From: an archaeon | GTDB lineage: Archaea > Nanobdellota > Nanobdellia > Pacearchaeales > GW2011-AR1 | Assembly: GCA_043810775.1 (NCBI GenBank) | Contig: JBDRNU010000010.1 | Coordinates: 1-44,907, forward strand | DNA length: 44,907 bases | Direction: 5' to 3' | In this document: in pieces, positions 28,265-36,444 of the stretch | How the letters are laid out: each line of letters begins with the position of its first letter | How positions within the stretch are numbered: the stretch's first letter is position 1 | The notes under the pieces: generated by a model | The model's database searches: none | The model's input: only the letters and a program-made list of their open reading frames with translations | What the model was told of the DNA's origin: nothing | Program-made: the position numbers and the translations under genes

Positions 28265-29425
28265 ATGGAAACAGTAAAAGGATTTAATGACTATACAGGA
28301 CAGGAAGCTATTAAACGTGAAAAAATTACCGAGGTTCTTGTTAAAAATTTCAGGCTTTACGGCTTTGAACCAGCTGAAGCTCCAATTATTGAGTACGAAG
28401 AATTTGTAAAAGGAGATAATCAAAATGATGAAGCTGTTTCAGATATTTACAAGCTTAAAGATAAGGGTGCAAGAAACCTTGCTTTAAGATATGAAGTTAC
28501 ATTTCAGCTTAAACGGCTTGCTAAAAACAAAAAGCTTCCTTATAAAAGATATCAGATAGGTCCAGTATTCCGTGATGAACCCTCATCTTCAAACAGAGTA
28601 AGGCAGTTTACCCAGTGTGATGTTGATACTGTAGGCTCTTCAGCAAAAGATGAAGCTGAAATCCTAGCTCTAACTCAAAAAATATTCAAAGAACTTAAAA
28701 TCCAGGCAGAAATTCAGGTTAATTCAAGGAAGTTATTGAATTCTGTAATTAAAAGCCTGGGCATAGATAATACTGAATTTGTCTTGCGGGAAATTGACAA
28801 GCTAGATAAGCAGGGTGAAGATAATGTAAAGCAGAGCTTATCTAAATTTATTGAAAAGCCAAAAATAATCAAACTATTCAAAGCTCTAAGCCAAAGTCTG
28901 AGCTCTTTTAAGAAATTTGAAGGTTATAAAGAGCTAAAAGAAGTATTTGATTTATGTGAATTATACAAGGTAAAGGTAGTTTTCAAGCCAACTCTAGCCA
29001 GAGGTTTATCTTATTATAATGGCACAGTTTTTGAGGCAAAAACTCGCGAGTTTAAAGAAACTTTAGGTGGTGGAGGCTCATATATGATTAACAATACTCA
29101 ATCAACAGGAATCTCTTTTGGCATTGAAAGAATTTCACAACTATCTAAGCTAGATCCTGAAAATGAAAAAATACTGATTATCTCAATCAAGCAAGATAAA
29201 AAAGCCATTTTACTGGCTGAAAAGCTAAGAAAACAGGGAAAATCAGTAATAATCTCAGATAAAATAACAAAAGCATTAGAATACGCAAATTCCTATAATA
29301 TCTCTCAAGTAATCTTTCTCGGAGAAAAAGAAATTAAATCTAAAAAATATAAAATTAAAGACATGAAAACCGGGAAAGAGCTCCTGGTTTCAGAAAAAGA
29401 GCTAGTCGAAAAGCTGAAAAATTAA
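28265..29425 (+). CDS. hisS: Histidine--tRNA ligase
   Basis: KGFND, LRYEVT, FRDE..RVRQFTQCD, RGLSYYNG, GGGGSY, GISFGIER, and a C-terminal anticodon-binding domain. Confidence 0.95.
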   Translation: METVKGFNDYTGQEAIKREKITEVLVKNFRLYGFEPAEAPIIEYEEFVKGDNQNDEAVSDIYKLKDKGARNLALRYEVTFQLKRLAKNKKLPYKRYQIGPVFRDEPSSSNRVRQFTQCDVDTVGSSAKDEAEILALTQKIFKELKIQAEIQVNSRKLLNSVIKSLGIDNTEFVLREIDKLDKQGEDNVKQSLSKFIEKPKIIKLFKALSQSLSSFKKFEGYKELKEVFDLCELYKVKVVFKPTLARGLSYYNGTVFEAKTREFKETLGGGGSYMINNTQSTGISFGIERISQLSKLDPENEKILIISIKQDKKAILLAEKLRKQGKSVIISDKITKALEYANSYNISQVIFLGEKEIKSKKYKIKDMKTGKELLVSEKELVEKLKN

Positions 29426-29736
29426 TCTTCTTTTTTTAATTTTTCTGTAGTTTCAATAATTTTAGGAGAGGAATAATCACACTTTCTACAAGATGCTAAA
29501 GCAGCACTAGCAACATCTGCCTGCTCAGAAGAAGAGTCATTAACTACTCTCTCCAAAGCTTCCATTGAAGTTCTAGTTGCATTATCTCTCGCAATAAAGG
29601 CAAGTGATAAAGGCACAACCCCCCCTCCGCCAACCTCAGACATCAAAGTGATTCCATCTGTTATACTTTTACCTTTTAAATGTGAAGAATACTCAAAGCA
29701 TAACCTGCAATACTTAATCGCTCTTTCAAATGACAT
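29422..29736 (-). CDS. Hypothetical protein, possible Zn-binding
   Basis: Two CxxC motifs (CRLC, CRKC) about 70 aa apart. Confidence 0.6.
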   Translation of the reverse strand: MSFERAIKYCRLCFEYSSHLKGKSITDGITLMSEVGGGGVVPLSLAFIARDNATRTSMEALERVVNDSSSEQADVASAALASCRKCDYSSPKIIETTEKLKKED

Positions 29737-29777
29737 GTAAAATTAATAAATTAATAGTTTATAAAAATTTATATACT

Positions 29778-30701
29778 TCATTTCAAACCTAAATTCCCCT
29801 TCATTATCTCACTACTAATATCAGAAAAATTCGCCAGAGGATTGCTATAACCAGCATTTAACTCCTCTTTAACTTCCTCAATATCATACTTTATTCTTTC
29901 TTTTACATTCTTATCATAATGCTCAAACAGCCAAATCCAAATTTCACCAAAATGCCCTTCCTGTTCTAAAAATACCTTTCTCTGATGGTCTAGATGCAAT
30001 ACCGGCAAGAAACTTGCAACTTTTTCTTCTTTGCTATCTCCAATCAGTTCAGAATAAGAAATTCTGTCTTTCTTCTTTTTAAACGAAGTTTGAATTCTAG
30101 CATAGATTTTCCTAATCCTGTCTTTAATATTAACTCTTGTTCTTGGAAATACAATTTCAGCTTCCCTTAACTGGTGTTTCCTAGATATTTCCTTTCTAAT
30201 CCTTCTATTTTCAGTAGTGATCGCTGTATTCAGGGCTTGCATTAACTCCTGTAACGATACCTTCCTAAATCTTGGCAAAGGGGTCCTAGGATATAAATCA
30301 GGAACTTCATCAGAATCAAATTCATATTTTTCTTTTTCCTTAACATCTCCCTCTTTTTTTCCAAATAAAATATCATCAATACCCTTAAGGTGCTTATTTA
30401 ATAAAAACTCTGATTTTAATCTTAATAATAAAGAAGCAGCTAATAATACCTTGCTAGATAAAAAGAAATTAGCCTCTTCAAGCTCGCGAATTTTAACAAG
30501 ATACTTATTACTTAACAAGACAATATCTACATCCCAAGGATCAAGCTGCTCGCTATTAATTAAATCATAAATTATAGCCTGCCAACTTACTTCCTCACTA
30601 GTTAATAAATCATAAATATGATTATGATTCATTCTATCATTTCCAACTTTAACCTCGTTTTTTAAGCCTTCTAAAGGCAAAATATCGCCATTTTCAGCCA
30701 T
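29778..30701 (-). CDS. scpA: Segregation and condensation protein A (kleisin)
   Basis: LDPWDVDI..L, LLAASLLLRLKSE, PRFRKVSLQELM, FLPVLHL..LEQEGHFGEI. Confidence 0.93.
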   Translation of the reverse strand: MAENGDILPLEGLKNEVKVGNDRMNHNHIYDLLTSEEVSWQAIIYDLINSEQLDPWDVDIVLLSNKYLVKIRELEEANFFLSSKVLLAASLLLRLKSEFLLNKHLKGIDDILFGKKEGDVKEKEKYEFDSDEVPDLYPRTPLPRFRKVSLQELMQALNTAITTENRRIRKEISRKHQLREAEIVFPRTRVNIKDRIRKIYARIQTSFKKKKDRISYSELIGDSKEEKVASFLPVLHLDHQRKVFLEQEGHFGEIWIWLFEHYDKNVKERIKYDIEEVKEELNAGYSNPLANFSDISSEIMKGNLGLK

Positions 30702-30921
30702 GTTATAATCCAGAACAATAAAGCTTATAAACTTTAGCCAACTATATAATAAAGGACTAGGGTGAAGAAAAAGCAGGTATTAATTTTCGGATTTATCCGA
30801 TATTGTCTACTCATATACTTTGAATCCGTAAGAATTATACGAACTTCACAGAAATATGATGTAACTGTATAAGGGTAACAAAACCGAAACCTTTAAATAC
30901 TAGCTTACCCTGGTTCTATTA

Positions 30922-30995
30922 TCACCTCTTTTTACCCAGAAGAGGCTTGAGGCATCTCTAATTTCATTGCTGAAGAGCCTCTTCAAGGGTTTTAT
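30922..30995 (+). ncRNA. Candidate small structured RNA
   Basis: BRE/TATA (CCGAAAccTTTAAA, 30884-30897), then stem ACCC..GAAGAGGCT / AGCCTCTTC..GGGT (30934-30990) and a short T-run. Confidence 0.35.
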
Positions 30996-31056
30996 GTTCG
31001 TTTAATTTAATATTCACTTAAAAGAGTGATGACATAGAAGTATGCCATTTATTCCG

Positions 31057-31103
31057 TGAAAATCACTGATTTTCAGGGCCCTAAAATTTCTTCCTGAAAT
31101 TTT
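31057..31103. repeat. Tandem palindromic hairpin element
   Basis: TGAAAATCA-c-TGATTTTCA, a GGGCCC spacer, then AAAATTTC-ttcct-GAAATTTT. Confidence 0.7.
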
Positions 31104-31259
31104 TTGGTTTTAGTATCTGGCTCTATGTTTCATATTTATAAAAAAGAGATTTTTTAGTGGACTAAGCTTTTAAATTATTATTTAATGGCCCCACTTTTTT
31201 CATGTTTATATATTCTAAACTAACATAATATTTATATTCTTCTTAATTAAAAAACTATT

Positions 31260-31841
31260 ATGGCTAAAATTATTCTTGCAACAACCTCCCCTTATAGGAT
31301 TCAGGCATGCAAAGATGCTCTAATTGAAGTAATTCCAGAAGGCAGTGAAATTAATGAAGATTTTAAAGGACGCCCTGAACTTCCAGACGATTTAGTAAAA
31401 GAACTGGCAAAAAGAAAAGCAGAGGTAGTGGCACTAAACCATAACTCAGGAATAATTATAGGGCTTGATTCGCTTGCATATTTTAGAAGTCAAATACTAG
31501 AAAAACCAAAATCAGAGCAAGAAGCATTTGACAGGCTAAAATCATTTTCAGGGAACAAACTAGAGTTTTTAACTGGTGTTCATCTTATTAATAAAAATAA
31601 TTCTCCTCAAACAGCACTTTCAAAAGTAGTTCACTCAGACCTTTATATGAGAAATTTGTCAGATCAGGAAATTACTGAGTATCTTGAAACAGATCCAAGA
31701 TATAAAACACTTGCTTTAGGATTCTGTCTGCTTTACCATAAGAGTGCTTCATTTGTAAAAGAAATAAGAGGAGATTATAACAGCCCACTAAGAGGTATTC
31801 CTCTATCAGTAATAATAGAAATGATTAATTCTCAGAAATAG
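31260..31841 (+). CDS. maf: Maf-family nucleoside triphosphate pyrophosphatase
   Basis: IILATTSPYR, LAKRKA, IIGLDS, ILEKP, SG..FLTGV, GDYNS..GIP. Confidence 0.92.
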   Translation: MAKIILATTSPYRIQACKDALIEVIPEGSEINEDFKGRPELPDDLVKELAKRKAEVVALNHNSGIIIGLDSLAYFRSQILEKPKSEQEAFDRLKSFSGNKLEFLTGVHLINKNNSPQTALSKVVHSDLYMRNLSDQEITEYLETDPRYKTLALGFCLLYHKSASFVKEIRGDYNSPLRGIPLSVIIEMINSQK

Positions 31842-31845
31842 ATAA

Positions 31846-32067
31846 TTATCCTTTCTCACTGATAAACTCAGTATAGTGGCACTTTCCGCAATAAACCCTA
31901 TTTTTTGCAGTCATTAAGAACACACCAGGTCCACATCTAGGACAGGACTTAGCTCTAGTAATCTTATCGCCATCAATCTTATACTTCTTCCACTTCTTGC
32001 TAGTAGGTTTATTTTTATGCTTTTTTTTGCCTTTTCTATTTGCTTTTTTTTGTGATTTTTTCCCCAT
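31846..32067 (-). CDS. rps27ae: 30S ribosomal protein S27ae (eS31)
   Basis: CPRCGPGVFL..RVYCGKCHYTE zinc ribbon; conserved synteny. Confidence 0.97.
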   Translation of the reverse strand: MGKKSQKKANRKGKKKHKNKPTSKKWKKYKIDGDKITRAKSCPRCGPGVFLMTAKNRVYCGKCHYTEFISEKG

Positions 32068-32426
32068 TAGCTATTCTCCTTAACTTCCTCTTCCTTAACT
32101 TCCTCTTCCTTAACTTCCTTCTTCTTTTCTTCAGCTAATTTTTGTTCAGCTGCTTTTTTTGATTCATCTCTTCTATGTTTTCTAGATTTAATCTCAAATT
32201 TATCCTTATCTTCCTTGCTTTTATATATATGAGCAGAAATTAAAAAAGTCTCTCTGCCAAACTTTCCTTTTATGCTCTTAATAACAATATTTCCCTTATC
32301 AGTCTTAAATTTATCAGCAATTGAATTTATAGTTTCTTCCTTGCTCGGGTTTTTTACTGATTTAACTAGCAATTTTATTTCTTTTCTATTAAACAAAGAA
32401 CTATCTTTTTCTGATTTAACTTCCAT
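32067..32426 (-). CDS. rps24e: 30S ribosomal protein S24e
   Basis: LFNRKE, PSKEE, IKGKFG, AHIY; conserved synteny; KEEEV-repeat tail. Confidence 0.93.
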   Translation of the reverse strand: MEVKSEKDSSLFNRKEIKLLVKSVKNPSKEETINSIADKFKTDKGNIVIKSIKGKFGRETFLISAHIYKSKEDKDKFEIKSRKHRRDESKKAAEQKLAEEKKKEVKEEEVKEEEVKENS

Positions 32427-32430
32427 TTTA

Positions 32431-32616
32431 CTATTTTGTTTTAATTGTATAAAGTCCCTTATTCTTTACTTTCAAATTCTTGGCAAGAACAGAATTTTCA
32501 GGGTCAAATATCATAACCTTTCCCTTAAAATCGCTGGTAGATTCAGTAGATCCACAATTAGGGCATTTATCTCCTTCATATATTAACTTGCAGATTTTAC
32601 ATGCTTTTTGTGCCAT
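32431..32616 (-). CDS. spt4: Transcription elongation factor Spt4 (RpoE'')
   Basis: KACKIC..CPNCGS..FKG..DPENSVLAK..GLY. Confidence 0.95.
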   Translation of the reverse strand: MAQKACKICKLIYEGDKCPNCGSTESTSDFKGKVMIFDPENSVLAKNLKVKNKGLYTIKTK

Positions 32617-32618
32617 AT

Positions 32619-32972
32619 TTATTTATCCTCACGAGTTATTCCCTTATCAATAACAAGCTCTAGTTTTTCTTCAATTATTTTTTCACCATCAATAAGAATT
32701 AATTCTTTCTGTAAACCCTCTGGAAAAGCCTCAAATTCAGCTCTAAGAACCTGTTCAGCTGTCATGCCTTCTGGCACTTTATTAGAAGATGTAATAACCG
32801 GATCATAGTGTCTGGTTACTTCTCCATAAACTCCAATGCTAACTCTTCCTAAACTATCAACATGTAAGGCAGCAATCTTGCACGGTCCACCAAGCTGGTT
32901 TAAAAATTCATCAGTAGCTTTTGGAGCTTCTTGCATATAAGCACATATTTGTGGAGTGTATTCATCATTCAT
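32619..32972 (-). CDS. Hypothetical protein inserted between rpoE' and spt4
   Basis: ATGA overlap with the rpoE' stop; ends 2 nt before the spt4 start. Confidence 0.7.
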   Translation of the reverse strand: MNDEYTPQICAYMQEAPKATDEFLNQLGGPCKIAALHVDSLGRVSIGVYGEVTRHYDPVITSSNKVPEGMTAEQVLRAEFEAFPEGLQKELILIDGEKIIEEKLELVIDKGITREDK

Positions 32973-33574
32973 TTTTTCCTTCCTTTTTTATTATCTCTTG
33001 CTTTTTCTTCTTTCTCAGCTTTTTTTTCATCTAATATAGATTTTCTTTTATCTTCTTTAATCCACTCTAGCTTTCCAAGACCTGGCTGCCTCATAGTTAA
33101 TCCAATTTTTGGCTCGCCCTGCTTGTAGCTAATAGCCACAACTCTCGCAAGGCATACATCTCCTTTCTTCAGGCTTTTCTTTCCATTTTTGCTCAATAAA
33201 GTTCCTGACTTGCTGAAACTAACATAATCATCCATAGTCTGAGAAATATGAATCATGCCCTGTGCAACTCCTAAATCCATAAAAGCCCCAAAATTAGTAA
33301 TCTCACTAACAGTTCCAAACACTAATTCATGCATCTCAAGTTTCCAGACAAGAAGCTTGAAACTTGAGCTATAATAAGCAGCTCCATCACCTGGAATTAT
33401 AATTCCCTCACCAACATTAATTACATCTACAACAGAAATCACATATCCAAGATCCCTATTTACAAATCCTGAATAAGTTTCGTTTAGCTGCTGCTGAACA
33501 GCTTCCTTAGTGCTAAGTCCAAATAATTTTGGCTCAACTCTAATATGGTCCTCTACCTCAATAATATAAAACAT
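32969..33574 (-). CDS. rpoE1: DNA-directed RNA polymerase subunit E' (Rpo7)
   Basis: DHIRVEP, GIIIPGDGAAY, FGAF, HISQ, KIGLTMRQPGLGKLEWI. Confidence 0.97.
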   Translation of the reverse strand: MFYIIEVEDHIRVEPKLFGLSTKEAVQQQLNETYSGFVNRDLGYVISVVDVINVGEGIIIPGDGAAYYSSSFKLLVWKLEMHELVFGTVSEITNFGAFMDLGVAQGMIHISQTMDDYVSFSKSGTLLSKNGKKSLKKGDVCLARVVAISYKQGEPKIGLTMRQPGLGKLEWIKEDKRKSILDEKKAEKEEKARDNKKGRKK

Positions 33575-33648
33575 TTTCGTGTAAAAAAGTATACTTAAAA
33601 ATTAAGCTAAATATGATTTATAAAGATTTCTATTAGAAGTTTTAGTGC

Positions 33649-34026
33649 TTAAACCTTGCTATTTAAAACCAGCTTCTTAAAATTAGTAATAATTAGGACC
33701 TTTTTACCCCTTAAATTCATTTTTAGCCCTTTATCAAGAGTAGCCACAATAATATCTTTGTCTTCAACATAACTAATAATACCCTCATCAACCTCTTTAG
33801 TGCTTAAATCAATCTTCTTATAATCTAATTTTTCAACAATCTTTAAAGCTAAACTAGCAGCATCCCTGTCTTTTAATTTCTGATTCTTATCTTTTGAGAT
33901 ATTTTCTAGTTCTCTAATCACCTGAATAGGTACAACTATCCTACCGAATTTCTCCTCTATCAAGTCAAAGCTAATTCTATTATTAAGACAGCTTATCATA
34001 AAACTTGTATCTAGCAAAACTTCCAT
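33649..34026 (-). CDS. PIN-domain nuclease (Fcf1/VapC-like)
   Basis: LLDTSF, VIREL, VDEGI, VATLD; usual position upstream of rpoE'. Confidence 0.9.
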   Translation of the reverse strand: MEVLLDTSFMISCLNNRISFDLIEEKFGRIVVPIQVIRELENISKDKNQKLKDRDAASLALKIVEKLDYKKIDLSTKEVDEGIISYVEDKDIIVATLDKGLKMNLRGKKVLIITNFKKLVLNSKV

Positions 34027-34152
34027 AAAACTAAATAGAACTAATCCTTATAAAATTTCCCTTAGTCTTCTTACTTCAGTTAATCAAGGCCAATAAAGTA
34101 TTTAAACCTTCTCGCACTTTTTTTATCACGTTAGAGGAGTAGATGAAATCAA

Positions 34153-34264
34153 AAAGTTCCTTGAGTTTACCACACCCTAAAAGGTGTGGTTTGTTGGAAC
34201 TTTAGGATGCTCAGAAATGCTCATCCACACACTAAAGTGTGTGATTTTCGCCCAGCATTTCTGA
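34153..34264. repeat. Two nested hairpins upstream of tRNA-Trp
   Basis: AAAGTTCC[..ACCACACC-ctaaaa-GGTGTGGT..]GGAACTTT and TCAGAAATGCT[..CACACAC-taaa-GTGTGTG..]AGCATTTCTGA. Confidence 0.8.
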
Positions 34265-34275
34265 CATAATTAGAA

Positions 34276-34400
34276 GGGTGCGTAGTTTAATGGTAAAATA
34301 GACGGCTCCAGCGAGCAAGTTTGCGAGGCTATAAAACAAGCTAAAATCAAACAAGCTTGCGAGAAACCGTCGGCTGGGGGTTCGATTCCCTCCGTGCCCA
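34276..34400 (+). tRNA. tRNA-Trp(CCA) with a 54-nt intron at 37/38 (34312-34365)
   Basis: Acceptor GGGTGCG/CGTGCCC; anticodon stem GACGG/CCGTC; CCA at 34308-34310; T arm GGGGG-TTCGATT-CCCTC; relaxed BHB; intron stem GCAAGTTTG/CAAGCTTGC. Confidence 0.95.
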
Positions 34401-34463
34401 TATTTCTTGCAAATATAAATCATAAAAGAATAATCTTAAATATATTAAAAACCACTAATATTC

Positions 34464-35135
34464 ATGATAAAAAAGAGGGAATTAGAAGCAATTATCCTAA
34501 TCTCTATAATTTTATTGTTAATTTATACTATCTACTCATATGAGTCAAAAGGGATAATATACTATTCCTTAAACAGTGATACATCTTCACTAATACAAGG
34601 TTTAGCTTCATTAGGGGATTTTGCAATAATTGTATTTATAACCATAATAATAGCAGAAGTTATTTTCGCGCCATTTCCCCCCCTTATACTATATCTGGTA
34701 GGGGGGATTTTGTTTGGAGCATTTTTAGGAGGAATTTACGCTTTAATAGGGAATATAATAGGTGCCACTATGGCATTTTGGATTGCTAAAAGATATGGAA
34801 GGACCTATGTAGAAAAAAAAATTCCTAAAAATATTATAAAAAAGTTCGATAAGTTTTCTTCAAAATATGGTGCAGCGTCAATCTTTCTGCTAAGGGTAAA
34901 TCCTTTTACAACATCAGACCTTTTCAGTTATTTGGCAGGATTATCTAAAATAAAGTACTGGGCATTTATAATTGCAACTTCACTAGGATTACTCCCATTT
35001 ATATTTATACAAAGCTACCTGGGAAATGTTTTTAATAGAAATAATACCTTGTTTAATCTATTCTTAATAGTCAGCTTAATATATATAGTAATATTCAGCA
35101 TAATCATCATAATAATTAAAAAAAATGAAAAGTAA
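34464..35135 (+). CDS. DedA/TVP38/TMEM64-family membrane protein
   Basis: APFP, GGILFG..G, GATMAFWIAKRYGR, LLRVNP..DLFSYLAGLS. Confidence 0.92.
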   Translation: MIKKRELEAIILISIILLLIYTIYSYESKGIIYYSLNSDTSSLIQGLASLGDFAIIVFITIIIAEVIFAPFPPLILYLVGGILFGAFLGGIYALIGNIIGATMAFWIAKRYGRTYVEKKIPKNIIKKFDKFSSKYGAASIFLLRVNPFTTSDLFSYLAGLSKIKYWAFIIATSLGLLPFIFIQSYLGNVFNRNNTLFNLFLIVSLIYIVIFSIIIIIIKKNEK

Positions 35136-35167
35136 ATATTTATAAATTAAACTTACCTAGATAACTT

Positions 35168-35734
35168 ATGGCTAAAAAAGCTGCAAAAAAGAGGAAACCT
35201 GCGGGGAAAAAATCTAAAAAAGCTGCAAAAAAGAGGAAACCTGCAAAGAAGCACAAAAAAGTGCAAACTACAAGAATAATTGAAAGTACAGATACAAAAA
35301 CTCTTCACATTTTAGCTGAAAATTTCTTAAGCTTGCAAAGGGCAATGACTAACATGGCAGTTAAATTTGATTCATTAACTGACCAAATATCTAAGTTGCT
35401 AAACCTATTTGAAATATCAGCTAGGGATTTTGTAGAACGAGAGCAAAAAGGTAAATATGAGTCAGATAAAGAACTAGCTAAAAAAATAAACTCTCTAATG
35501 GACCAAAACAGAACAATGGCGCAAGGACTTCATATAATGGGGGAAAGAATTAAAGCACACCCCCATATTCCGACCCCGCCAAGGCAACAATATACTCAAT
35601 CCATAAATGAATCTTCCTCCACCTTACAAGAAAGTGAAACATTCCCAACGCCTCCAATGCCTCCTCAAAGTTCTGCTCCAAATCTTCCTCAAGAAAAAGA
35701 AAAGCCAAGAACAAAACCTCTTCCTCGATACTAA
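35168..35734 (+). CDS. Hypothetical protein: Lys/Ala-rich N-terminus, coiled coil, Pro-rich tail
   Basis: KKAAKKRKPA occurs twice; TTTATAAA at 35139-35146. Confidence 0.8.
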   Translation: MAKKAAKKRKPAGKKSKKAAKKRKPAKKHKKVQTTRIIESTDTKTLHILAENFLSLQRAMTNMAVKFDSLTDQISKLLNLFEISARDFVEREQKGKYESDKELAKKINSLMDQNRTMAQGLHIMGERIKAHPHIPTPPRQQYTQSINESSSTLQESETFPTPPMPPQSSAPNLPQEKEKPRTKPLPRY

Positions 35735-35739
35735 TAAAA

Positions 35740-36444
35740 ATGGCAAGAAAAAATGAAGACTTTATTCTAATTCCTTTTTTAAATGAATTTACTAGAAGTG
35801 TTCTTAAAAGCATAATAAAAAAAGATAAATTAATGCCAAGAAAAAAAAGATTTATAGTTCAGGGCAGGCCTTTCAGGCCACTTATAACAATGCCTCACCC
35901 AGTTCCAGGCTATAGGCAAAGTTTATCTCCAAAACATCTTGCACCTAGAACTCAACAGCCAATGTATGGGCAACCCCAACGCTTTCCACCAAGAAATCAA
36001 ATGCCTTCAAGGATAAATCCTCTGAGTATAGGTGAAGGTATAGGGACAGCTACACCTAAAGAGATGATAATGCCAGACCTTACTAAACCACTTCCACCTG
36101 GATTTGACCTAGGCAAGCTAAATATGTTTCTTCCAGACCAAAGAATTTCAATGATTGAGTGCCCAGGTCCAGGAAAATATATTATAGTAAGATCAAGGCT
36201 TAAATCAAATATGACAAATATAGTTCTAACTGAACAGGAAATACGGGAAGTCGTGGAAAAATTTTCTTTTGCAGCTAAAATTCCAATAATAGGGGGCCTA
36301 TTCAAGGCAGCAGTGGGAAATCTTGTCATGATAGCTCTTATTTCAGATTTTGTTGGTTCAAGATTTATAATAACTAAAGCTTCACCTTATATGATTTTAG
36401 AGCAGCAAAGAAATCAGGCTCAAACTAGGAATAATTTTAATTAA
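35740..36444 (+). CDS. Pro-rich protein with a C-terminal domain resembling the N-terminal domain of VirB11/FlaI-type ATPases (no ATPase domain)
   Basis: GKL..L.D..I..IECPGPGKYIIV..TNIVLTEQEI pattern; no Walker A motif. Confidence 0.6.
   Translation: MARKNEDFILIPFLNEFTRSVLKSIIKKDKLMPRKKRFIVQGRPFRPLITMPHPVPGYRQSLSPKHLAPRTQQPMYGQPQRFPPRNQMPSRINPLSIGEGIGTATPKEMIMPDLTKPLPPGFDLGKLNMFLPDQRISMIECPGPGKYIIVRSRLKSNMTNIVLTEQEIREVVEKFSFAAKIPIIGGLFKAAVGNLVMIALISDFVGSRFIITKASPYMILEQQRNQAQTRNNFN

Noticed and set aside
28265-29425. HisZ (regulatory subunit of HisG)
   Set aside because: The protein retains HisRS catalytic motifs and the anticodon-binding domain, and the neighbouring HisG is the long form that does not need HisZ.
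30860-30890. CRISPR-repeat-like ending (GAAAC)
   Set aside because: Single copy, with no array or cas genes; better explained as a BRE.
25079-30911. Shared 11-mer AGCTTACCCTG near 25080 (minus strand) and 30902 (plus strand)
   Set aside because: Two copies of an 11-mer are compatible with chance in 45 kb.
31026-31069. Box C/D sRNA (GTGATGA...CTGA)
   Set aside because: Only 44 nt long, no clear C'/D' boxes, and the CTGA is part of the palindromic element.
34143-34205. 20-codon ORF after GAGGAG, upstream of tRNA-Trp
   Set aside because: It has no Trp codon and lies wholly within the hairpin element, so there is no support for a leader peptide.
34232-34423. 63-aa minus-strand ORF
   Set aside because: It is antisense to tRNA-Trp and its hairpin leader.
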